A stretch of DNA of 64,000 bases from the NCBI GenBank assembly GCA_001856825.1, contig ATMD01000004.1, forward strand, positions 319,919 through 383,918, given 5' to 3'. Source of the DNA: Thermoplasmatales archaeon I-plasma (lineage in GTDB: Archaea; Thermoplasmatota; Thermoplasmata; Thermoplasmatales; GCA-001856825). Numbering within the stretch: position 1 is the stretch's first letter; each line of letters begins with the position of its first letter. Both the position numbers and the translations under genes were made by a program. This document shows, in pieces, positions 56,436-64,000 of the stretch. The notes below the pieces were generated by a model. The model was not told the DNA's origin. It made no database searches and saw only the letters and a list, made by a program, of their open reading frames with translations.

Positions 56436-57886
56436 GGTTCAAAAAGGTTCTTCAGCATTCGCCTTTCCTTCAAGAATGAGAGATCGTTTCTGTAGATGTC
56501 CCTGATATCGTCAAGCTTCAGTACTGTCATCAGCAATCTCTCTAACCCCAGCCCCCAAGCTGCAACATTGTACTTTATACCCCAAGGCTTCAGGACTTCA
56601 GGCCTGAACATGCCTGCTCCCCCTAGCTCCATATCCCTGCCCTTGAAAGTTCCGTGAACCTCCAAAGATGGCTCAGTGTAAGGGAAGTAACTGGGTTTTA
56701 CCCAAACGTCCTTCACGCCCAGTCTGTGGTAGAACGTTTCTAGGGTATCAATCAACACCCCAAATGTGACGCCCTTTCCTGATATGACGCCCTCAACCTG
56801 CGAGAATTCAGCAAGATGCTGAGCATCAAGATTCTCCCTCCTGAATATTTTCTCAACTGAGAATATCTTGCACTCCTCAGTGGGGTGTTCTGTTATGTAT
56901 CTTATTGTGTTGACAGTTGTGTGGGTCCTTAGGAGAAGTTTCGAGGCCTCATCCTTTGACCACTTGTATTGCCAACCCCTGGAACCTGCTATTCCCCTTT
57001 CGTGAACCCTTTTTACCTTTCTCACCTTGGAGGCATCTAGTTCCCCTTTACCCTTCAAATAGAATGTGTCCTGCATGTCCCTTGCTGGATGGTTTTGAGG
57101 TATGAACAACATGTCCATGTTCCAGAATGCTGTTTCCACTATCTGGCCTTTGAGTTCCTTGAAACCCATCTCCAGCATGACTTCCCTTACCTCTTCGATG
57201 AATTCTGATAGAGGATGGATTTTTCCAGGAAGATACCTTGGGGCATAGAGTGTCGGGTCATACGGCCTGAGGGTCATCTGTTCGCTGAATTTTTCTATAA
57301 TCTCCGGCGTGATCTGGCTGATCTCGTCACTTTCCTCCAGGGATTCTGGACCAATTTGTTCCCCAACTGCAGTAAGTTTGACTGTCCTCTCCATTCTCAC
57401 CTTCTCGTTTACGAACCCCTTCCTTGGCTTGAGAATCTGTGCTTCTTGATCACTCAGTTTCCCGTTCCTTGCAGATTCGAGGGCATTCCTTGTTCTTGCT
57501 ATGTGCCCCTTTAACTTCTCTATGTCATCAACCACCAGATTTCCGTTGATGACTTTTCCACCGTTCTTAAATACCTGTGCAAGCCCATATCTCAGGTCAT
57601 CCCCCATTGATTTCTCAAGTTCCTGTGTGTTGCTTTGTCCAGACAGGTAAAGCTGCAGAAGTTTTTCCTCTGGAAGCCCTGATGAAAGTACCTTCTCCCC
57701 TTCAGGCCCTATCGAAAAATATGTGACAGGTTTTTCCATCACATTTATTATCTTCTTTTCACGCAACCAGGAGATGGAACTCGTGACTTCATTCTTGTCA
57801 AATATCCTGAAGAGCTCTTCTGTCCCCACATACCCCTTTCCCTTCAGATATTTTATGAGCTTCTTCTCGCCATTGGTGAGTTCCAT
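56432..57886 (-). CDS. pheS: phenylalanyl-tRNA synthetase alpha subunit (archaeal type)
   Basis: 484 aa. N-terminal wHTH repeats. Class II core with HPARDMQDTF (motif 2 region) and GLGLERLLM (motif 3). Confidence 0.92.
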   Translation of the reverse strand: MELTNGEKKLIKYLKGKGYVGTEELFRIFDKNEVTSSISWLREKKIINVMEKPVTYFSIGPEGEKVLSSGLPEEKLLQLYLSGQSNTQELEKSMGDDLRYGLAQVFKNGGKVINGNLVVDDIEKLKGHIARTRNALESARNGKLSDQEAQILKPRKGFVNEKVRMERTVKLTAVGEQIGPESLEESDEISQITPEIIEKFSEQMTLRPYDPTLYAPRYLPGKIHPLSEFIEEVREVMLEMGFKELKGQIVETAFWNMDMLFIPQNHPARDMQDTFYLKGKGELDASKVRKVKRVHERGIAGSRGWQYKWSKDEASKLLLRTHTTVNTIRYITEHPTEECKIFSVEKIFRRENLDAQHLAEFSQVEGVISGKGVTFGVLIDTLETFYHRLGVKDVWVKPSYFPYTEPSLEVHGTFKGRDMELGGAGMFRPEVLKPWGIKYNVAAWGLGLERLLMTVLKLDDIRDIYRNDLSFLKERRMLKNLFEP

Positions 57887-58209
57887 GCTCCCACATTATT
57901 CAAGGCTTAATATAACGTTTACCTTTTTGTGCTCCATCAATCCTGCTTTTCTTAATTACTAGCGACGCCTTGACCTTATTTGGCAAGTATAGAAGGATTT
58001 TGATATTATTTCGCGTGATATTGATGTCATCTTCAATTGCATTCCTCCATTATCCATGTTGATCCCTAATCCTCATCCAGATTGACATGCAATCAAGAAT
58101 GCAGGCTATCTTTACATTCAGTTAACTTGCCGTTAAAGGGATGGGAAGTAAGGCACGGTAATGGAAGATTATTCCCTTAGCTTGTAATTCTATCTGAAAT
58201 GGTGAAATG

Positions 58210-59658
58210 TTAGTATGATTTGGCGAAATTGGCTATGAATTTTGCCTCCTCTCCGCAGTAGATACACTTCTGCCCAACTGCCTTATCCTGTACATCCGAA
58301 GGGAGGTTTGTTATCTTGGCGCCCGTTTCTTCCTTTACCTTTGCTTCGCATTTATCTGAACCACACCATGGTGACTGAACGATTCCGCTCCCGACAAGTT
58401 TCTTCAGGTCATCATAAGAGCTGACGGAATATGTGTGCGATTCCAGGAATTTAAGCGCCTTCGTGTATAGATTTGTGTGTATGTCCTCCAGGAGTGATGT
58501 GATAAATTGCCCCAGCTGGTCAAGCTTGACTGTTTCCTTCTTACCTGTATCCCTTCTTACCGCCGTGACTGAGACTGAATCAACTTCACGTTGTCCTATC
58601 TCCAACCTTACCGGTACGCCCTTCATCTCCCATTCATTGTATTTCCAACCCGGAGAGTATTCATCCCTGTCATCCAGATATGTCCTGAAACTTTTGTTCA
58701 GTGATTCATTTACTGACCTCGAATATCTTAGAACTTCTTCTTTCTTCAATTCGTTATAGATTGGCACAAGTACTATCTGTATCCTGGCGAGTTTAGGGGG
58801 AAGGACGAGACCCTTGTCGTCACCGTGTGTGAGAACCATGGCACCGAGCTCCCTTGTGCTAATTGCATAAGTGTTCTGGAAAACGTATTTCTTGGTACCG
58901 TCCTTGTCCAGGAACTTTATGTCGAATGCCTTTGCAAAATTCTGACCGTCACTGTGATGGTCTGGCCCTTGCAGCACCCATCCGTCTGGCATGAGATGCT
59001 CAATGCTGTATGATGCAATGGCTCCAGCAAACTTTTCACTGTCTGTTTTTCTTCCCCTAACCCCTGGCAGCGCAAGATAGTCTTTGAGAATCTTCTCATA
59101 GATATCTAGGATGACCTTTCGTTCTGCCTCTGCTTCTTCAAATGATGCATACGCACTATGACCCTCGTTCCAGAGGAATTCTCTACTCCTGAGTAGCGGA
59201 GTCGGATGCTTAAATTCCCATCTAACAACGCTAGCCCAGATGTTGAACTTGATTGGTAGATCCCTCCACGACCGTACCCACCGTGAAAAACTGTCATACA
59301 TTATTGTCTCAGACGTTGGGCGAACTGCAAGTCGTTCAGAGAGTTCTGATTGTCCAGCATGCGTTATCCATGCCACTTCGGGTGAAAATCCCTTTACGTG
59401 CTCACTTTCCTTTGTCAGAAACCTTTCCGGAATAAAGAGAGGGAAGTAAACGTCCTGTACCCCAACTTCCTTGAACATCCTGTCAGTGGCTTCCTTAATA
59501 GTGTCCCAAGCGAAATATGAATCTGGGCGGTATACCATCATCCCAGATACAGCGCTGTAATCAACAAACTCTGAGTTAACTATGACCTGAGTGTACCATT
59601 CGGTAATGTTTTCGCTCTTCTTTGCTGTGAGTAAAAACTTCTTTTGCTCTGTCTCCAC
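58210..59658 (-). CDS. proS: prolyl-tRNA synthetase (archaeal/eukaryotic type)
   Basis: 482 aa. Class II motifs (RPTSETIMY, FRWEFKHPTPLLRSREF). C-terminal zinc domain CGSDKC...CIYCGEEA, ending in Tyr. Confidence 0.92.
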   Translation of the reverse strand: METEQKKFLLTAKKSENITEWYTQVIVNSEFVDYSAVSGMMVYRPDSYFAWDTIKEATDRMFKEVGVQDVYFPLFIPERFLTKESEHVKGFSPEVAWITHAGQSELSERLAVRPTSETIMYDSFSRWVRSWRDLPIKFNIWASVVRWEFKHPTPLLRSREFLWNEGHSAYASFEEAEAERKVILDIYEKILKDYLALPGVRGRKTDSEKFAGAIASYSIEHLMPDGWVLQGPDHHSDGQNFAKAFDIKFLDKDGTKKYVFQNTYAISTRELGAMVLTHGDDKGLVLPPKLARIQIVLVPIYNELKKEEVLRYSRSVNESLNKSFRTYLDDRDEYSPGWKYNEWEMKGVPVRLEIGQREVDSVSVTAVRRDTGKKETVKLDQLGQFITSLLEDIHTNLYTKALKFLESHTYSVSSYDDLKKLVGSGIVQSPWCGSDKCEAKVKEETGAKITNLPSDVQDKAVGQKCIYCGEEAKFIANFAKSY

Positions 59659-59770
59659 GTTACCACCGCTTTTCTTACTTGAGCAAGTCTTCCATTAAAG
59701 ATATTATGTTTTGCGATACCCATGGGCTTCAGGAAATGCACATTGTACCTCAACGAATCTCAATACTTGA

Positions 59771-60010
59771 TCAGAGTTGCCTTGCCTGGGCCTCTTCCTG
59801 CTTAATTCTGAAATGGGAAAGTACAATCCCCATTATACCGAAAAGGATGAGTATGATAGAAAGAGAATATAGCCCTATGTCGTTCCAGTCACCGTATGCT
59901 ATTGACCAGCCTACGTAGAAGACGACAGCTCCGAGTAGGAGGGCGAATGAAAGATACTGCATTACGTAGTTTCCGGTGAACTTCATTTCAGGGGTATAAT
60001 GACCTCCCAT
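59771..60010 (-). CDS. small two-TM membrane protein (hypothetical)
   Basis: 79 aa with two clear hydrophobic helices. No family recognised. Confidence 0.4.
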   Translation of the reverse strand: MGGHYTPEMKFTGNYVMQYLSFALLLGAVVFYVGWSIAYGDWNDIGLYSLSIILILFGIMGIVLSHFRIKQEEAQARQL

Positions 60011-60049
60011 AAATTAATTTGTGCCCTTACTAACTTCCCATAAGTTTTT

Positions 60050-60514
60050 TCATATGCGCATAGCAACATTTTCAGATTGAATTGACCCTATGTAATAAAG
60101 AGATACTGCATAGGCCACAACAGCAGATATTGCGCTCATCGCCATCCCGATGGAATTCCCGAAGAACTGGTCTGAAGTCAGAAATGCCACTCCGTTGTAT
60201 ATTGCACCAAGAACTGCTGCCAGGCCTAAAGAACCCGTTACAACCAGGGCCCTTGAGCCTGATTTTAATGAAATCATCAGGAACTTGGCGGACACCGCAA
60301 GGATTACTATCGCAATGATGGCATGGGAAATGACCAGCCAGAAATGTGCCAGATAAAAAATTAGAGCAGAAAACCCACCATAACTGAGGGTTGGTAGAGA
60401 AACCTCAAGATTAATTGTCATTCCCAGCCAGAACTGAACTAGGATCAAACCAAGGAACACGAATGCATGGACCTTCAGTGATCTTATAATTTGGGGACGG
60501 TCCATTACTTTCAT
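60050..60514 (-). CDS. four-TM membrane protein (hypothetical)
   Basis: 154 aa with four hydrophobic helices. No family recognised. Confidence 0.5.
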   Translation of the reverse strand: MKVMDRPQIIRSLKVHAFVFLGLILVQFWLGMTINLEVSLPTLSYGGFSALIFYLAHFWLVISHAIIAIVILAVSAKFLMISLKSGSRALVVTGSLGLAAVLGAIYNGVAFLTSDQFFGNSIGMAMSAISAVVAYAVSLYYIGSIQSENVAMRI

Positions 60515-60564
60515 CTTTTCATTGAACCAACGATAGATAAAGAGATTTGCTGCTCCTCTTCATT

Positions 60565-60912
60565 TTATCTCTGGAAAATTCCAACCTCATTTCCGTCCGG
60601 ATCCTCTGCTATCGCAAGCCATCCCCAGGAAAACCGCTCAGGTTGTTTCAATATCTTCACTCCAGCCCTTTTGAGCCTTGCAACCTCCTCATCAATGTCT
60701 GATGTCAGGAAGTAAATTGATATAGGGCCGCCACCCTTCCCTTCATACCCTCCATGCAGTGAAAACTCGCTTCCACCTACGTTAAAAGTAACGAATTGGT
60801 CTGGTTCCTTTTCCCTATGGGTCTCAATAAGACCAATTTTATTTTTATAAAATTCTACACATTCGTCAAACTTGTATACTGCAAGAATCACTGGATCTAT
60901 CTTGTCTATCAT
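60565..60912 (-). CDS. VOC-family (glyoxalase/bleomycin-resistance fold) protein
   Basis: 115 aa. A single beta-alpha-beta-beta-beta module pair, with AIAEDPDGNEVGIF typical of the VOC fold C-terminus. Confidence 0.75.
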   Translation of the reverse strand: MIDKIDPVILAVYKFDECVEFYKNKIGLIETHREKEPDQFVTFNVGGSEFSLHGGYEGKGGGPISIYFLTSDIDEEVARLKRAGVKILKQPERFSWGWLAIAEDPDGNEVGIFQR

Positions 60913-61037
60913 TGCTACTTTTAAGCCGACTCGCTCTTAAATTTATCTTAATTTTGTATGTGAATTTATGGTCTACCCATTTCAAACGGGTAGTTAATGA
61001 ACCCAATATCTTTTAAATTCTTTCAGCATTATAAGAA

Positions 61038-61970
61038 ATGAAGTTTGCCGTCATTGGATCTGGGGCAGTTGGAAGTTACTACGCTGGGGTCCTTAAGAGG
61101 TCCAATAACGAAGTGTATCTTTTGTCAAGGGGGAAGAGCCTTGAAACCATAAGGGACAAAGGTCTGAGAGTCATCACAGACGAGACGGAATTTATAGTCA
61201 GGCCAGACTTAGCAAGCAACCGAGCAGACGATTTCCCTAAGGTGGAAGTTGTTATTGTTGCTGTGAAGGCCTGGCAGGTAAGGGATATTCTGCCAGAAGT
61301 AGGAAAATTGGTCAATGCGAATACGGTGATAATCCCCTTGCAAAACGGCGTGGAGGCGTACCCGATCCTGAAAGAGATATTCCCGGAAAATGCAACGGGA
61401 GGTGTTACTAGATTGATCTGCTACGTTGAATCTCCAGGTACAGTCAGGCAGGTTGGCTTCACCCCCTTCCTTGAGTTTGGAAGGGAAGATGGGAAGGTTA
61501 CTTCATCCATGGAGGAGGCAAATATAGCACTTTTAAAGGCAGGAATAAGAAGCACAATATCTAGAGACATCTTGAGAGAGATCTGGAAGAAATTTCTCAT
61601 TATGGCAACTTTTGGGGGTATTGGTTCAGTCACCCAGGCACCGATTGGTGTAATGAGGTCTGTCAGGGAGACCAGACAGATGATGGACAGATGCATGGAC
61701 GAGGTAATATCTGTCGCCAGAGCTATGGAAATAAATTTAGGGCAGGAAGAAAAGGAAGCTGCCTGGAAATGGTTCGATGAACTTCCATTCACTTCCACCA
61801 GTTCTACCCAGAGGGACATTCATTATGGCAAACAATCGGAAATTTTTGACCTCAACGGTGCCGTGTTACGGCTAGGAGCCAAGCACTCCGTGGAAGTTCC
61901 TGTAAATCTGTTCATATACTCGTCGCTGCTGCCGCTTGAATTGAGGGCCAGAGGAAAGATATATTTTTGA
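61038..61970 (+). CDS. panE: 2-dehydropantoate 2-reductase (ketopantoate reductase)
   Basis: 310 aa. Rossmann MKFAVIGSGAVGSYYAG, VAVKAWQ and STQRD (substrate-binding region) typical of ApbA/PanE. Confidence 0.82.
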   Translation: MKFAVIGSGAVGSYYAGVLKRSNNEVYLLSRGKSLETIRDKGLRVITDETEFIVRPDLASNRADDFPKVEVVIVAVKAWQVRDILPEVGKLVNANTVIIPLQNGVEAYPILKEIFPENATGGVTRLICYVESPGTVRQVGFTPFLEFGREDGKVTSSMEEANIALLKAGIRSTISRDILREIWKKFLIMATFGGIGSVTQAPIGVMRSVRETRQMMDRCMDEVISVARAMEINLGQEEKEAAWKWFDELPFTSTSSTQRDIHYGKQSEIFDLNGAVLRLGAKHSVEVPVNLFIYSSLLPLELRARGKIYF

Positions 61971-62024
61971 CCATATTTAGCAGTGACGAAAAATCAGGCT
62001 CGCGGTTCCTTTATCTCCTCATTT

Positions 62025-62411
62025 TCAGCCCACTATTTTGTCGATTTCCTTCATTATGCCATTTTCTACGTGAAGCGTCCACAGCATCTCAGGAACATCT
62101 ACCAGGAGGAACAGCTCCGAAAGCAGGATGACCTCTACGGCAGCTACTGCAAGGTTCTGTATGAATTTGCCGATCCCTACTGTGACTTTAAAATCATCGG
62201 GTTGCCCTTCCAGCATGATCGTAAAAGCCCTGTCAGCGGTAATTATGTCCCTAAGTATTCCTGCTTTCTGCGCCTGGATCAGGAAGCCCGTTGGAAGCTG
62301 CCTCGACTGAGTTTTAAATCCTTGTGCTTGAAGTTGTTGTTCAATCTGTTGTGAAACTTCATTCAAGTTTCTAGACTTGTTCTGATAACGTACAGTTTTT
62401 TTAGATACCAT
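62025..62411 (-). CDS. hypothetical 128-aa protein
   Basis: This ORF has more protein-like composition than the fully overlapping antisense ORF 61983..62354 (+). A TATA-like TAAATATT lies upstream. No family recognised. Confidence 0.4.
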   Translation of the reverse strand: MVSKKTVRYQNKSRNLNEVSQQIEQQLQAQGFKTQSRQLPTGFLIQAQKAGILRDIITADRAFTIMLEGQPDDFKVTVGIGKFIQNLAVAAVEVILLSELFLLVDVPEMLWTLHVENGIMKEIDKIVG

Positions 62412-62731
62412 TTTCCTCCTTTATTGTACCTAAATATTTGTACATAACACTTTCCACTCATTCAGCTGGCTTCGGGCATTTAAGAAAGTTCCCTTATTAT
62501 GTTGTTCTCACTTGTTGTATTTTGACTATGTATTTTATATTCTTTGAAATGGAGGTTGCTATCTCAATCTCATTCTCCCTTCATTCTTGCAATTGTTATT
62601 TTCCAGTTGCTTTGTATATAAATTACAGCACGTTCTGGGGTCCGCAAGGCAATCAACGCCCTAATGCTGCCTACCCTATTTATTGAAGCAGGCTGGCACA
62701 GTTATTTCGTAAGCTGAAGCTTCCTTGAAAC

Positions 62732-63124
62732 CTAAGCAGGAAGATCAATCTTGCTTTCCTTCAGCTTTGCAGTGAAGTTCCTGAACTTCTCAGCTAGGTC
62801 GTCATCTATGAAATGTTCAAAGAAGCAAGCCTTTTCCTTGGCAGTCGCTTCGTCGCACCCTACCATCTTTAGGAGGTCATATATGGAACTCTCTTTCTTG
62901 TTTAAGTTTTCGAGAACTTTCATCCCCTTTTCAGATATGGTCATTCCTCTGTACTTCTGATAGTTAATAAGTCCGTCATTTGAGAGTTTAGTAAGCATCT
63001 GGGAAACAGATGCAGGTGTGACCCTTAGGAACTCCGCTATTTCAAGTGGTCTTGCGTATCCGTGCTCCCGTATGAAGTGGTCGATGGATTCGAGATATTT
63101 TTCCCTGTCTTCGCTAGTTTTCAT
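62732..63124 (-). CDS. DtxR/MntR-family metal-dependent transcriptional repressor (no SH3 domain)
   Basis: 130 aa. EDREKYLESI start, wHTH ARPLEIAEFLRVTPASVSQMLTKLSNDGLI and a dimerisation/metal region with CDEATAKEKACFFEH. Confidence 0.85.
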   Translation of the reverse strand: MKTSEDREKYLESIDHFIREHGYARPLEIAEFLRVTPASVSQMLTKLSNDGLINYQKYRGMTISEKGMKVLENLNKKESSIYDLLKMVGCDEATAKEKACFFEHFIDDDLAEKFRNFTAKLKESKIDLPA

Positions 63125-63748
63125 CTCAACTAAATAATTGCAACGTGGTATATCTTTTATCGTGCACTAGTTTGCTCACCTAACACTTCCAAATCATACT
63201 TCCCATTTTTAAAACACAGCAAAAAATCAATGTATTATTCAGTCAAAAATATTTATGAATCGTGTTCAATATATATGGGTTTAAGATTTCTTCTTCTGAA
63301 AGTTAGTAGAATCTCCTAAGAAGTTTAAATGGTACTGAACTTTCTTTAGGACAAAAATTGGTTTCGATTGGATTTCATATTTGCAGGTCAACGTACAAAC
63401 ATGCCAAGGATTACCAGAACTACACCTATTACTAAGGGGCCAAAAAGGCAGGATAGTATCTCATGAGAATATACAGGATTACACTAAGGTGCATATCAAA
63501 AATTCCGACGACGATGAACCTTAGTCTCAGTACGGTCCAATTGCGGTGAATAAAATAAAACTTATTATTCTGGATATTGAAGTCTAAAATTGAGAGAGTG
63601 TTTGCAGATGAAAGACAAAATGGAAAGTAGATTGGTTTGTGGTTTTCCTTTAATGAAAAATGGTGCAATCCATATACCTCCTAGTCATCCACTTAAAGTA
63701 TGTCAAGACTTTATAAAGACTAAATATAGTTAATTGTGATAATAAGCA

Positions 63749-64000
63749 ATGAATAAGCCAGTTAATGTACCCGACATTCAAAAAGGTGGGCCATATTCAC
63801 ACGCCATAGTTTCCGGAAACCTTATATTTCTTTCAGGCCAGACGGGCAACGTCCCAAACAGGGTATTGAACTTCGATCAACAGTTCGACAACGCCATGGA
63901 AAAGATAAAGAAGATTCTAGAAGCTGCAGGAGCGACCATAGGGGATATTGTGAAAGTATCCGTCTATCTTGCTTACAATGGAGACTTGAACAGGATGAAC
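63749..64000 (+). CDS. RidA/YjgF-family reactive intermediate deaminase (3' end outside window)
   Basis: Read by hand from ATG 63749: MNKPVNVPDIQKGGPYSHAIVSGNLIFLSGQTG...VKVSVYL. GPYSHA and FLSGQ are family motifs. The ORF runs off the window end. Confidence 0.8.
   Translation, partial: MNKPVNVPDIQKGGPYSHAIVSGNLIFLSGQTGNVPNRVLNFDQQFDNAMEKIKKILEAAGATIGDIVKVSVYLAYNGDLNRMN

Noticed and set aside
57887-58209. Hidden small gene or ncRNA in the 323-bp gap between proS and pheS
   Set aside because: Only 13-32-codon ORFs without recognisable motifs are present. A TATA-like GTTATATTA about 25 nt upstream of pheS explains part of the gap. I saw no clear structure or repeat.
62412-62731. RNase P RNA, SRP RNA or other structured RNA in the long gaps at 62412-62731 and 63125-63748
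   Set aside because: I could not find conserved cores (for example GAGGAAAGUCC of RNase P RNA) or GC-rich helices. The regions are AT-rich.
1-64000. CRISPR arrays, IS elements, transposases, integrases or known defence systems
   Set aside because: Reading through the sequence and all ORF translations, I found no regularly spaced direct repeats, no DDE, serine or tyrosine recombinase motifs, and no cas or restriction-modification genes. The window looks like core chromosome.

Overview
This is a compact, almost fully coding 64-kb stretch of an archaeal chromosome. Several markers are archaea-specific: ribosomal protein L40e, RNase P protein Rpp21/Rnp4, bifunctional fructose-1,6-bisphosphate aldolase/phosphatase, pantoate kinase, CobY, archaeal-type CobT, ApgM, TruD/Pus7, a THUMP Trm-G10-like methyltransferase, and archaeal-type ProRS and PheRS-alpha. 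Two further traits are surface proteins very rich in N-glycosylation sequons and a NAPRT with a C-terminal zinc knuckle. Together these suggest a Thermoplasmata/Thermoplasmatales-like euryarchaeon, but this is inference only. I call about 68 protein genes and 3 tRNAs (Ala-UGC, Ser-CGA, Thr-UGU). I see no rRNA, CRISPR array, recognisable transposase or integrase, or known defence genes. There are two large functional blocks. (i) 28.3-40.1 kb holds a corrinoid uptake plus late cobalamin assembly cluster: BtuFCD-like importer, cbiA, an embedded APC-family permease, archaeal cobT, cobS, cobY, cbiB, cobD and cobQ. (ii) 48.0-53.6 kb holds sufCBDSU with a divergently transcribed SufR-like winged-helix regulator. 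Other modules are NAD salvage (pncA-pncB), CoA synthesis (coaBC-pantoate kinase, panE), a tightly overlapped queE-AMMECR1-pyrC-rnp4 operon, three aminoacyl-tRNA synthetases (Cys, Phe-alpha, Pro), two peroxiredoxins and central-carbon enzymes. I did not find a convincing, entirely new multi-gene system. The best follow-up candidates are listed below.
- cobS is broken by a +1 frame change in a homopolymer tract.
- An APC permease is translationally packed between cobT and cbiA and may import a corrinoid precursor or lower ligand.
- The Cys-rich SufR-like regulator has an inverted repeat over the sufC TATA box.
- An AT-rich 0.9-kb patch contains an ORF interrupted by an in-frame stop.
- The kptA stop codon shares a base with tRNA-Ala.
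- A membrane-anchored wHTH regulator and an uncharacterised wHTH protein coupled to fbp are both present.
Two frame disruptions (cobS and a beta-helix surface protein) both sit in homopolymer runs, so assembly error must be excluded first.
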